Position numbers and translations under genes: made by a program. This document shows, in pieces, positions 35,401 to 50,530 of a stretch of 64,000 bases of DNA. The notes under the pieces are model-generated. The model worked only from the letters and a program-made list of their open reading frames with translations. It was not told where the DNA came from and ran no database searches. The stretch covers positions 186,001 to 250,000 of the forward strand of contig JAQGDQ010000153.1 in assembly GCA_030141605.1 (NCBI GenBank). Reading direction: 5' to 3'. This stretch comes from Tubiluchus corallicola (Eukaryota > Animalia > Priapulida). Within the stretch, counting starts at the first letter, position 1. Each line of letters opens with the position of its first letter.

Positions 35401-38400
35401 AGAAAGTTTTAAACTAGCACTATTAGATACTGTTAACCATGCAGTACTTTAGAAGTAATAATTCGTATTTAAGATACCAAGGTGGTCAGAATTACCTGCT
35501 AACCTGACAGTCATGAGTTGAGTTTAATGAGTTAATCGTGGTAGTAAACTAGAGAGTTTTTCAGCCTGATCTTTTTTAATTTAGCATTTTCCTTAAACTT
35601 GGAATGGTTGTATGATATTTTTCTAGCATGTCGATGGGCTTTCTGGTTTCCAAGGATACACCTATTATATGGCGTGGATTGTTAGTTATGACTGCTGTTG
35701 AGAGACTCCTACGACAAGTGAGTTATCTGTATACCCTTCACATCCAGCAGTTATAGAATTTCAGTAGCAACTAGGTAAATTATTGTCAAGATTTCCGATT
35801 TTTTCCAGAATTATTCCGGTTATGCATGTGAATAGGACATTGATTAAAAGACAACATAGAGATAATCTTAATACAGCAGGCACCGCTTAATAGACTCACT
35901 TTGGGACCGACGTGTTTTGATCCAATTAACCGACTGAACCTATTAACCAGTGGTTGTAGTATTACAGGCATAGAAGTATGAGTCATCAGCTTGCTATGCA
36001 CTGCAACGGTTTTTAATGAATTATTTTAGAAACGAAGTAACACCTAAATTCCTTTGTGCAGTTAAAAAGTAGAAAAATATTTTAAAATATTAATTTATGT
36101 AAGTAAATTAGCAATAAGTCAAAAAGTATAATTTTCTAAATCACAGACTTTTCTGTCTGTTTATTTGCAAAAATTACAGGAATTCCTCCAAGGTCGGCAG
36201 CTTCATTTTCTCGCAAAGAAGTTGGCCTACAAAGTTCTCGTAATTATAAAAATGTTGAAAATCTGTTGTTGTGCGTGACTAAAACAGTTCTGAATCGTCT
36301 GCTCACTTATTTGCTGTATGATGTTTACTCTTGTAAGTCATACAAAGAATACCAGCTGATTATACCGTAACTGCATCTTTGACTGTTAACTCATTAAGCC
36401 TGAAAGCATGATTTGCAATGAGAGCATCAAAAGGAAACTGCTAGGCAAGTGATTAAATGTTTAGCTTCCAGAAATTCCATGGGTAACAGTGAGTGAGCGG
36501 GTAACAGATTCAAAGCAAAACCGCTTCACTAGCGTATTAGAGTATGATAAATGTACCTGCTTACAAACAAATCGGTACTTAACATGATTGTTTCTGCATA
36601 CATAGTGCACAAAAGGGAAGCAAAGATGACCTAAAAGTAGGAAACATACAAATACTTATTTTAAGTAGGTAAAGGAAAAATATTGAGTCAATTAAGCGGA
36701 GTTATTTGAGTCAATTACCGATATGTATATTTGAATAGAAGCGGCTCATTGTAGACGTTTTTGAGTCAATTAAGCGATTGAGTCTATTAACCGTGAGTCT
36801 ACTAAGCGGCAACTACTGTGTAACAAGAATAATTATAAATGGTGATAAATTCCACAATAAAAAGATAAAAGAAGGTACACCGTGCAAACCTATCACTGTG
36901 AGCTATCTCTAGGTGAAAAGAGAATAAAGGGCAAACATAATTGATCACTGCATCTTAAATTATTTTCTCATTAAGTCACTGAAATGTCCTCCCTATTATT
37001 TTTTCTTTCCTATGAGATTTTTTATTAAATGAATGAGAAAGTCAGGTTTTGCAAAAAAGGCAAAATGTTAAATGTCCTAGATTTGGCGTAACCCATAGAC
37101 GTAACAGCTGCTAGCTAACTTGTTAGTTGTACAGTGGAACCTCAACTTATGAAAACCCCATTATACGCAAAATTCAGAATACGAATCGGGCTTCGAAGAA
37201 ATTTCCTTCCCATTTAGCAAAAAATATTTTAGATACGAGAACGAAAATCGAAAGTGCTACCCAACAACGGTCCTCCCAGAATGCATTTTTCTCTAAACGG
37301 CCAGCAACCAGAGAAGCTGAAGGTCAAAGTGAACCAAAACAAGCAAAACACAGTGAAGAAAATTAGAAAAAAGTAGAAAAACAAAATACACAAAAAAATA
37401 AAACACAAAATGCACAAAAAAATTAAAATTAAAAAAATTGATAGTGTTAAGTTCATTTAAATGAATTCATTTAAATTAAGTTATGTAAACTTACGTATGA
37501 TTTCTGCCATCTGTCAAAACTCTGTTCGCCTCCTCCTCCGCCATCAAGCTCACCTCACACCCCCCTTGGGCACATTTGCCAGACTCGCCAGGTAAAGTGC
37601 CATTATTCATAACAACATTTATCATTATTTTTCATTGATTTTATTATTTTCTCATTGGTTTTTAACATTTATGTAAATGATTATGTTGTCCTTAACAAAC
37701 ATATTTCGTTCAGGTGGGTACAATATTTACACTTTATGGGACTGTTTTCCGGGGGGGGGGGGGGGGGAGACGTAAATATTGTCTCATAATACGAAAATTC
37801 CAAGATACGAAAGCCCCACCAGAATGAATTAATTTCGTATCTCGAGGTATCACTGTATATGTCTGACATATCTACATTGTTGTAGCTCTTTGCGGGCTGT
37901 TTAGTATTATCATATTTCAGTCGAGTCCTGATTCTTTTAGATTATGTTTCATTCAAATACACGCCTGTGTCTTTTTTTAACATGCTGTAAGCCAGAATTC
38001 AGTACCAAGTGGCAGGGCTTACTACTAACATTGATTGATTGCATTGGCTTACTACTAATATTGAATGATTGTATGACGATCAGGCCTAGCTGATTACTAA
38101 GGATAGTCATCTTAGATGCGATGCTGAACAAGCATGGGTGTTTAAGCTATGTTCGGACATAGATGCACCCCCTTTTCAATGAGACAAGTAGCTAAAGGCA
38201 GAATAACAGGTAAAACTGGAAAACTGCTCAAAAGCAGTTCTCCTGGTGGTCACCTATTTATTTGTTAAACAGTTTTGGTATTGCTTAGCTTTCATATTTA
38301 AGCACACACTATAACCACCCAGCTATTATTTCACCCCTGTTCAAGTCAATATATAGTTCATCAGTTAAAATGTGATTGTCTGTTGTCAGTACTTGTTTTC

Positions 38401-41400
38401 TTTGATATGTTTAAGGTAGCATGGGGTGAACTTGACTACCTAGTGATAGATCTTCCACCTGGTACAGGTGATGTGCAGCTCACAATATGTCAACATGTAC
38501 CTGTGTCAGGTAAGTTGATGATTATTTAATGCTTGGGCATTGTATGTCAGACTTAAAATTAAATTATTTTTCAGAGAATTGATCATTAGTGTTCAAAACA
38601 CAGTAGACTCCACTTACTCTGGCCCTATTGCTGGAACATAACTGTATAATACTTTAACTTAGTAAAAACCTTCTGTTTGTTAATTCTAAGCTTTGCTTTA
38701 TGAATCCATCTTGAGTGCTGTGAAGAACACAAAATTGTGAAGTAGACACACAATTGAACCGCATTTTAACTTGACAATGGTGAACCTGCACCAATAATTA
38801 TTGTATTAACTGTTGAAATGCAACGTATGCTGGAAACACTGCATTGTGGACTGTGCAGCCGTGACTTTTCAAACATGCCGACACTTCACCAAACTCAAGC
38901 AAGACATTCAGTCACATGTTGGAAAAAATTTCCACTAAAACAGACCAACTTATCTGCATTCTGTATAATGGTCAATTGCATATATAATTAGGTTAAACTA
39001 AAATGCAGATTCTAATTGATAAACAGTTGTACACATGAGAACGTTTAGTCAAATAAATGAATGCTGAATCATCGCTGATATTAAAGTTACATTTATGTAA
39101 TGGCATCACAGATAAACAATACATACTTTTCGTAGGAATGTTAATTAATTATTGCACTTTACTTAAAAACTTTTCGTAAACAGTAACTGTGTGTTAAGAG
39201 AATTGGCCTTGTAAACAAAATAAATAAACAATATGCAGTGTATTAACATAGAAAAAGCTACTTTATAGGCCTCTCCGGATTACAAATCCAGCCGTTTAAA
39301 AAATTCATTTAGCTTTGCACCAAAATGGATTTATTAAGTAGCATACATTGTAATAAATAATTGGTGAAAACCATGGTGGAATTTAATAAAGCCATCAGAG
39401 AAGCAAAAACCAGTTGCATTGTAAATTATACAGCTCTGTATTAGTTTTGTTGGCATATGATAATAAATCTTTATTTATACACGTAATAATGATTTTCTTG
39501 CTACTGACAGTATGATTTGGACTTGTACCGAGTTTGTACTGCAGCAAGTTTTCATTTTATTTTAGGTGCTGTTATGGTTACCACACCACAAGATGTTGCA
39601 CTTCTTGATGTTAGAAAAGCTGCATTGATGTTTGACCGAGTAAAGGTGAAATAATGCTTTTGTGGCATTTGCAAAGATTTATTTGGGCTTGTACTGATTT
39701 TACAATGAAAGTCTCATGTGATGTAAAACATTTGTTAAAGAATAACCCTTTACTTTGGCGTAGGATTCTTTTAATAACACTTAAAACGTAGTAGAATAAA
39801 TGAAATATCAAGCAAGGAATGTGCCTTTTGAGAAGTATGTGTCAGTACATAATATTTGTATGCTTGGCACTCTAAAATATAACAGCCTGTTCATCTGCTG
39901 ATGCTAAGCAGTCCTGCCATTAGTTGGTGCTAGCTAATTATGTATGAAGCAGTGGGCAATTGAGTTGTTGGCACAGGTTGCTTGCTTCAGTGGTGTACTT
40001 AGTTGATTTCAAGTAGGTCTTTTACAGAATTAATTACCAATAATATATTTTAACTTTATTACAATTTATTTAGGTCAAAGTGTTAGGTGTAGTACAAAAC
40101 ATGAATATATTCGAGTGTCCAAAATGTTCACACAAATCTCAAATCTTTGGCGACGAAGGTGCGCGAAAGTTAGCCATGGAATTGTCCATAGACATGCTTG
40201 GTAAGTGTAAGAGATAATATTGTGTTCATCATAACCAAATATTTTTTATATATTTTCTAAAGTGTTTCTAAATGAACATTAATGTGCTGGGCATAACTTG
40301 ATCCAGAACCAGTTTTTGAAGTTGAAGATCAATTTCAATGTGCTTTATGGAGTTTCAATTTAATGTATAAACATAAAAGAAATGCTCTAGTTAGATATTT
40401 CTGGTACCAGTAACTATTTACCTTCATCCTACAGCTTGTCCATTCCATGTTCTATTTAATGTGGAGTTTAGGAACTAATCCTCTCCAAGCTACAAAAGTA
40501 GTTGTCTAGATGAAAATATTCAACAGTAGCCTGTTTTTGCTTTTGTAAATGTAAGAAATGTAAGAAAGAAACAGAAGCAGGATCAGACATACAGATGCAT
40601 CACATGTAATACACTTATTTGGTGATAAACTAATTGTATGTTATTACACCTGAAAGGATGTGACACACTTGCGTCTCGAGTTGTATTAACTGCTAATTGA
40701 CATTGGCAAAATTCTATCAACATTTTCACTTGATCTTGATTTTAGTTGGCAGTGTTAATCTATACACGTTGTAATCATTGATTTTTATCAAACTGTTGGT
40801 GCAAACCAACTTAAAAGAAATTCAGGAAGATCAGACCACTTATGTGATTGCAGTTGATTATTGTGCACATACAGTTTTGTGTAAGTTTAACTATTGTAGC
40901 ACGACCAAGGTTGGTAATGTGTTAATGCCATTTATTTGCTAGAAACAAAAACCTTTTTCTTCCTTATTCTTGCCTTTTTAAATTAAGGTGATATTCCTCT
41001 GCAAGTTATGATACGGGAATCATCCGACTCCGGGCGACCAGTCTACGTAAGCCACCCTACCTCATCTGCAGTAAGTTGCAATTCACTCTCTATAGATTTT
41101 GCTAAATCAGCTGGTATTTTGTAATTACACCTAAAAGTGATATAAATAAAAGAAATTGAATGTTAGCTTTGACAAGTTAAGAACGGTTCAGTGGTCATTG
41201 GATTTTTCATTTACTTGATTTCACATGATATAGATGCAATAAATGTTGTTAACCTGAATCCATGTAGATTGAAACATTTTTGCATAATTCTGATTCAGGT
41301 AATGCAAGTTATAGTAAGCTATTGCTTAATGATGGTAATGGATTTCAAAAAATACACTATTATGAAACATGCTTAAACGACGTTGCGTTTTCAATGGGGA

Positions 41401-42345
41401 AGCGGTACTCAATGCGTTAAAACCATCGTAGTTGGCCTCGTGTAAATCATACGTTTTATTATTTTTGTTGCTTACCTTTTTATGATATTTTTTTATTGAA
41501 GGTGAAAAGAATTATTCATTGAAAGGTTGAATTTTCAAGTGAAGTACTCTGCTGTATGTCTAGTTATCTAAATGTTATGATAATTTTTTTATACTATTTG
41601 TCACACTGCAAGTTGAAATTTAGCATTCACTAGCCAAGCCTACTTAAGATAGCTGTTTGTGGTGAAACTGTATCCTGGCTTATTATCAAAGCTGTCACTG
41701 TACTGGCAGGCAGAGGTATCTTAGTCGCATTCAGATGTACACCTATGGATCGACCCTCACTGCGGTAAACATCCAAGATTAGTATAGCGAATGAACTGCC
41801 CATGGGCGTACTTAACCCATTCAGTGAAGAGTCAGTCATTTACTGACCAGTATGGCTTAACTTCAGTTGCTGAGCAAATATTGTTACCACTCTGCTATAG
41901 TGGTAGTGTTGTCTGATGATATGCAAATACTCTTGGCTTGCACTAAAAGCTTCTACCTGCTGATCTATGTAATGAGAGTAGTCACCAGCAATCACTACCA
42001 ATTCGAAATTTTAAAAATTGCAGATAAATTTGTATTCAAACTTTGATTGAACAGAAAACATTTTAAACATTTCAGGTAGTCAAGTTTACTGGATTTAATT
42101 TACATGCATTGTTCTGTTAATTATGTTACTTCAATTATGTTCCTCTTTTGAAATTGCAAGAATTTTGTCATTTTTTCAACCTGCACATTGCGTTTCTTAT
42201 GTAAAACTTGTTAGTTTCTTTTCATATTTTAAAATATGAAAATTCATATTCATATGAACATATTGTAAATTCTTTTTTACAGGCAAAAGCTTACAGAGAA
42301 ATAGCGTTCACAGTGGTTCAAAAGTTATCTCCACATGTAAGATGA
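32491..42345 (+). CDS. NUBPL: Mitochondrial Fe-S P-loop NTPase Ind1 (complex I assembly), 10 exons
   Basis: Exons 32491-32607, 33731-33925 ([15 protein letters not shown]...[15 protein letters not shown]), 34336-34426 ([12 protein letters not shown]), 35190-35229, 35627-35717 (MSMGFL...IIWRG), 38416-38509 ([17 protein letters not shown]), 39566-39645 (TTPQDVAL), 40074-40200 (VQNM...CPKC), 40988-41070 and 42283-42345. All phases are consistent. Confidence 0.95.
35874..36818. mobile_element. Tigger/pogo-like non-autonomous element in NUBPL intron 5
   Basis: Imperfect ~26-bp TIR CAGCAGGCACCGCTTAATAGACTCAC / GTGAGTCTACTAAGCGGCAACTACTG, TA on the left flank, and subterminal GAGTCAATTAAGCG repeats at 36685-36790. 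Confidence 0.75.
37132..37855 (+). mobile_element. Tigger-like MITE in NUBPL intron 5
   Basis: TA-CAGTGGAACCTC ... GAGGTATCACTG-TA termini, subterminal ATACGAA repeats, and a short transposase-tail-like remnant (NAFFSKRPA). Confidence 0.75.
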
Positions 42346-43805
42346 TGCCTTGAATTGAACACAATCAAATGGAGTGTGGTAATATATTCTACAATCAGCA
42401 ACCAACGAATCAGTTCAGTTTCATTCATAGAGCATGACTGAAGGAAAGTCACCATTTTCAATCTCCCTGCAGTTACCAATTTTCAATGGCGATGCTCCAT
42501 TGTATTAATAGTATAGCACCATAATCCCTGCCTTTATTAGCTTGAAGAATGTGTTTTATCACATTGGTGGTGTTGCATCATCACACGTGCAGCAATGTTG
42601 CTCAATGCGTGTGTCTGAAATTTAATGTATCTTTTTACCAGTTTTGCTATTCATTATTGTGTAAAGTGTGTTATGACATTGTTATGTAACAGTATGTTAA
42701 AATTTTGTATTTCATTAAATGCATTCTATACACTATGTTTTGTCGCAATCGTGGGGCTCTCCTTTGTAAGGTGAAGCCAGATTCTAAAATACATGAATTT
42801 GGAAAGCAATTATGTTAACATAGTGTTATTTAAGAATTTTAAAATTGCAAATAACTGAGTTGCAAGGTGTTATTATTTAAATTTATTAAAAAACACAAGC
42901 ATTTTCAACATACATTTTGGTGATGTTAAAATTCTATAAAAAACTAGCATTTTAAACGTACAATATCAGGTTGTCTAGATATTTATTTTTTTTACTTTTG
43001 CAGGAAAAAAGTAGTAGTTTTTTTCCAGGTTAAAGTCACCTTTGGTCTTAAGAAGATCGTAGGTTGAGTTACCCGTGTTCCTTTCATAAAAATAAAACAA
43101 AATACATAAAAGCTATAACTGTGTAACAATCACTGGGAATTAATGCTATCTCTCACCTTCATTTTCTTCCGAAAAATCGTCTAGTAAAATACAATACATT
43201 TAGTAAATGTGATCATTGAACCTTGGAACATGTCTTCTGAGTGATCTAGTGTAAGTTGGCCTTTGAAAAAAATCTGCCACATTACCTGCACTTCTTCTAC
43301 ATAACTACTTATACACACATATGACTTAAGATAGGTGGAGCATCTGTAATTTGAAACGTGTGCATAATTTTGCCACTTTTGCTTAAGTCATAAAATTAAT
43401 TGCAAATTTTGTGTGAAAGTGACGTAAGATCTTTCAGCATCCATGAATAGCACTTAAATTCAAGTACTTATTTTCTGATGCTACGTATGCCTGATAAAGA
43501 AACTGTGCCTGTCATTTTGCAGTGTTCGCCTAACCTGGAATCGAACCACCACCTTACAGATTATACACCCACGCAGACACTCGTTTACATCTGAGTCAGT
43601 CATTGTTGTGTTCAAAGTCATGTTGAGCTTTATGTTTAAAGTGGAACTTAAAACTTCAGTAAAATATATCACCTATAATCTTCTGACTGTCAAAAGTTTT
43701 TCATTGTATGTCCTCCATCTTTCCTGATTTCAAATGTGAGTCTCTCATTATCAGGTCTTTCATACTTGAAAGTTAGTGAGTGGTAATGAATTTTTACTTG
43801 TGATA

Positions 43806-45464
<1,659 letters not shown>

Positions 45465-45599
45465 CTTTGCACTTTTCAATACAGTTTTACTTCAAGTTTC
45501 CTAGTTTATATTATTCATTAATCTTAATGCGAACTAGCTCATGGGTTCACTTTAGTTGGACTAATTCCCTTATCTCTTTACGTCTTGCATAAGCGTCTG

Positions 45600-46025
45600 T
45601 CTTGATTGCTGTCACGTGACTTGAGGACATGAAACTGTCCGTGTCAGTTGCTGTGGACCAGGTATCGACCTGCCAGATGATAGGCGAATAGATCATTGGT
45701 TGCGCCTGAATACCTGTCCGTAATTGCAGGTTAATCTAGACGACACTTTATGGCGCAATCAGGGAATTTATTAAAAACACGGCGGTCTGGTATTGTAGGT
45801 GTTCTGGGTTGCCTCATTATTGCTCCTAGGAAGCAAACAAAAGAATCAAAAGTGCCGCTGCTGAGTGACTGTTTCAGGTAGACAAAAGATTCAAAAGAGC
45901 CGCCGGAGTAGCACTATCACTGCACAAGTTGTGCCAATCCTATTCTCGATTTGAAATTTACTGCATGTGATTCAGACATTCCCCAATCGAGAAATAAAGA
46001 GAATCAAAGCAGTGATAGTGCACAA
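45600..46025 (-). promoter_or_regulatory. Msx proximal upstream region with a palindromic E-box and a duplicated TCF/helper-like module
   Basis: GTCACGTGAC at 45611-45620; ACAAAAGA(A/T)TCAAAAG(T/A)GCCGC at 45837-45858 and 45882-45903; ATCAAAG near 46003. Confidence 0.5.
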
Positions 46026-47672
46026 TGCGATGAAAATAGTGACTTCATAATAGGGCATAAAAGGGATTTTATAATGTTAAGATTCTTGATAAGAAGACTA
46101 ATTATGTGGAAATTTAAAGCATTATTATAAAAGTTTCCAACTGTTTTTTTCCTACCCTCAATTTATAGTGACATATATTTGGGTGTAATGAGCCAGTTCA
46201 TAATATGTATAAAAAAGAATAAAAAATTTGTAATGAGAGGAGAGCTTCAGTCATAGAAGCAAAAAATTTCTATCATTCCTTTGCTTTTAGTTGCCTTTTG
46301 TGGTTTAGCAAATGAAACAAAATTTCATTTCGGGAGAGCCTTAGATCCATTAGCTAATAACGTGTTTTTGTAAATGGATAGTGCTCCTGATCTCGTCACC
46401 TGCGTTTTCTCATCAGATCATGGACCTATTATATAATCTGTGCTGTCATCGGCACTACTGCTTGTTAGAAACGCCTCTGGTCCACGAGTATGTCAACCTC
46501 AGACTCAAAGCAAGAACGTCTCGCTTGTGGCATCCTTTAATCTCCCATGACTCGTCGGTCATTTTGCTTTTGGACACATCCTATCTATGATCCCTTAGAA
46601 GTTATTGTGATCCATGATCAAACGAGACAAAAGCTGTCTATTGTCCGTCTGGGACATCACACGTACCGCAGGCGTATAATGTTTATTGGGGTGGCTTGTC
46701 GCCGATTGTCCACTAAACTAATAAAAGGTGAACCTGGGCTTGGAAAGATCGCGTTGATGATTGCGGTCTCGAAGTTATTTTTTGGAAAATAATACTTACC
46801 TTACAATTTGGCAATTCATTTTCTACTGTTCACATGTAATAATTCATTAATAATGGTAATTATGAGTTGCGGATGCGCATGTGTATCAGGTTTTTAATCG
46901 GAAGAGCTTAACTATTGCGATACTTGTATAAGACCACGTCAAACTGTAACATAATTATTCGAACGATAAAGACAACGGCAATGACAATGGCGATTGTTTC
47001 AAAAATGAATTTGGTCTCTAAAAAACTGTGCTGTAATCCTGTGGCATGGCCATTATAATTTTTCCAAAAAAGTTATTTACAGTAATACTCTTTCTGGACT
47101 CCGCATACTTCTGCTTTGTGGTTTTTTCTACCGACAATCAACTTATTTGAATGCTTAAGCTAATTAGATTAATGCGAATCCTTAGTTTTGATTCATTTTA
47201 AGGCTTATTAATAATTATTCACACCATAATGGTTTAATAAATATTATGTTATTTAATACATAAATAATAATAAGGCTAAGCTAGATTAAAAATAAAACAA
47301 GACATTTTTGTCTCAATTTTATGCCGGGTGACCAGTTCAGAAGTTAGGACTCTTAGGGTGGACCGGTCAGAAAAAGGTTGAATAGCACTGAGCTAGACGG
47401 TCACCACTCTAAATGGCCTTTTAAATAAGCTTCATCTCGCGCGAACTGCGGGTTAAAAATACACATGCTTTTGTTGGTTTAATAAAAAATCAATTATTTA
47501 GACACTAATAATGTAAATAGTGCTGTAAAAGCAGCAAGCATTATTAGCTTGCACCGTTTTTAATAACTGGCCTGCAAATTATGTCGAATTTGAATAACAT
47601 TTGGGCGGCACCCGCAACGACGGGATAAAACAATTACATTAAAGTTCACTCGGTTTCCAAATCATAAGCATT

Positions 47673-47723
47673 GAGTGATTGTGCATTAATGATGATAACA
47701 CCGTCATTAATGCACAATCACTC
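47673..47723. repeat. Perfect 20-bp-arm hairpin
   Basis: GAGTGATTGTGCATTAATGA-N11-TCATTAATGCACAATCACTC. Confidence 0.9.
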
Positions 47724-47992
47724 TCATAAGTAAATGAATAGCTGTTGTTGTAAGTCATTAATTGTGCTCAGTTAATTTTCCAATAATATGACTTTTGTGA
47801 TGCGAAGGAAATAGCTTTCGTAACTAATATTTTATTTTTAGATTAAATTAATTTGGTAAAAATGGCACGATAAAAATAGTATCAGAAAAAACGGTAAAGG
47901 AAAAATCCACACAAATGGAAAAATAGCAAAACTGGCACACTTATAAAATGTGAATTTAAGGTTAGGGTTACAGTGGGGGATAATTAGTTTTG

Positions 47993-48275
47993 TCACTGCC
48001 AAGGAAGTTATGCTTCAACGCTATTTGTTTGTTTGATTGTTTTTTGTCTAGTGTATAACGTATAACAGTGAGACTATTACGCAAAAATCACTTAACAAGA
48101 AAGGGACAAGAAAGATGCATTTCGACCCATACTCATGGACAAGCGGAGAAGGTGAAAACTGTCAAAATGCACACTTATTCGCCCGTTCTGTTTTTCACAA
48201 AACTTGACCAAATGCTACATACAAAATACACTCGTGAAGCACTTCGCGGAGGTCTCAGAGTGAGTGCTATTGCTC
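47993..48275 (+). mobile_element. Possible non-autonomous Helitron/Helentron-type (HINE-like) relic
   Basis: Begins CACTGCCAAGGAAGTTATG followed by TTTG repeats and ends CGCGGAGGTCTCAGAGTGAGTGCT, an architecture I associate with such elements; recognition only, no alignment. Confidence 0.35.
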
Positions 48276-48327
48276 GAGAAATTTTCGACTGGAAAACTGC
48301 GTAACGCTGTCTCTGACCTTTGCTCAT

Positions 48328-48331
<4 letters not shown>

Positions 48332-48382
<51 letters not shown>
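48332..48382. repeat. (TA)n microsatellite
   Basis: Seen directly in the sequence. Confidence 0.95.
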
Positions 48383-50282
48383 GCCTTCTAAGGTGACTAA
48401 GTATGTAAATATATCAGGCTATTAGCATCACCAACGGTGTAGACAAACACTAAGTAGAATGTTTGTCTATTATTAGCCATAATTCTATTTAAAGAACAAA
48501 ATATTTTGTGAGCCTTTGATAGTCTATATAATACTTATACAGGTATATTTTTGTTTGTTTGATTGTTTATCTTTGTCTTACGTTTTTTTCTAGATCAAAA
48601 GAGCCAGCAGAACATGTTAAGGATTTTCACCCTTGGCTTCGTCCTTCTTACCAAGCTACTGTTGTTCGAGACCGGGTAGATTTGTCCCTTCAATCTACAC
48701 AATTTTGAACGCCCTAAGGTGTTCAAGGTCAGCCAATCTAAGCGTAACTCAGCCATTCAATATGTCTCACTGAGACCTTTCATTTGTTGTACTACAAGCC
48801 ACCGTTTCTCGACACTGAAGGCAACGGTGTCCCTGACCCCACCCACTTTCGCTTTAAAACCCCCTACCGAAAAATATTCCCGTAAGCAAACGGTTGTTCA
48901 CTAGATTTTGACCCCACCTAGTTATACACCAAAAACTGTGGCCCCAGCTCAAAAGCTCTAGAATCTAGCCTGAGAAATCTACCATTCCTGTGACCTTTGA
49001 CCCAGCATGACTGGTCAAGCAAGTACCCCTACCTGAGTTGAGTGCCCTGTGACTGCGAGTTTCGTGACCCTTGATCTCTGCGTTTGCAAGTTTTTATATA
49101 AACAAAGTGGCCGGGGAATAAATAATAATAAAAACCGATGGTAAGCCAAAAAGCTTCTGCTATTGTTCTGCATTTGTTTAACGAATTATTGAAAATATTG
49201 ATTTCAACCCTGTTTGCTAATTCCGAAATAAACCTTCAAATACTGAAATTTTGAATTCGAAGAGAAGAAAACGCGAAAAGTCAGAAATGAACCTGGTTTT
49301 GAACCATTTTTTATTACCGCCAATCGCCACTACGCTATGCATTCCTTCATGATAATGTCTGTAACGCAAATATCCCTGGTTCAAATTAGACTCAGTTCCG
49401 CTTTTTTCACGTTTTCTTCATCTTGTTAAATTCAGTTTAAAAATTGCAATAGTGGTTGGTTTTATTCAAACATCTGTTGAATGATTTAATGGATGACATC
49501 AAATAATTAACTGACTGAAACATTATCAGCAGATAACTAATTGATTAGTTGACTGACTTTGTAATTTTCTGAGTGTTGACTGATCAATTAAGTGATTGAT
49601 TGGCTACATTTGATCGAGTGACTAGATGTTGGTTAGTTGATGAGCGTGGGTTAAGTGGGTACCGTTTTTGAATTGCAAAGTTGTTGACTGTTTTTTGTGG
49701 CCGAATATTGGTTCATTGTTTCATTGGCTGCCTGACTGACTGACCAAACGACTGGTTGAATGATTATTTGACCTAGATATTAGCAACAAAAAGCTACTAG
49801 ACAGGTGGCTAATTCACGGGCAGAAATGTGAACAACTTTTTTGAAGTTTAAATTTCTTCGTTGACGTAGCATAGCTTAGTGTGGGAAATTATTATTGTTT
49901 ATAATGCACAGCCGAATTGGAATCTGCCTTTTGGGTAGAATTTGTTATTCCAATCGGCAGTTTAAGTGTTGCTAATAATTACTTAATTACTCATAATTAG
50001 AAAATTATAGGGCGGCTTGTTTGCTAATCCTATTTGCTGCAAACTGCCGGTAGCTTAATTGCAGACGCGGGCAGCAGGTAGGCAGAGACAGTCTGAAATG
50101 TGAAAGAAAGCTCCTGTAAGTTGAAATACAGGAAAGTTTCTTCAGACATTTGGTTTTCTTATTTATCACTGAAAGCAAAAAAAAACAGTTGTACTGAATG
50201 TGTATTACTGAATAGGCATTAAATTTAATTGGCAACAATCGTGCGTAATGTAAGATAAGTAAGTGGAGATGTGAGAAGTAGG

Positions 50283-50530
50283 GAGGCAGGCAGACAGGTA
50301 GGCAGGCAGACAGACAAGCGGCAGGAAGGCAGGTAGGCTGGTAGTTATGTAGATAGGAAGGTTAGGTAGGTAGGTAGATAGTTAGGTAGGTAGGTAGATA
50401 GTTAGGTAGGTAGGTAGATAGGTAGGCAGGCAGATAGACAGGCAGGGAGGTATACTAATTATATGACTAATGACTAATGACTATGACTACATGACTAATG
50501 ACTAATCACTAATTGACTAATGACTAATTA
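50283..50530. repeat. (AGGY)n tetranucleotide tract followed by (TGACTAA)n
   Basis: Seen directly in the sequence. Confidence 0.85.

Noticed and set aside
41628-41900. SINE-like segment with a possible tRNA/5S-derived head on the minus strand
   Set aside because: Only a partial A-box resemblance; no B-box, tail or TSD could be established.
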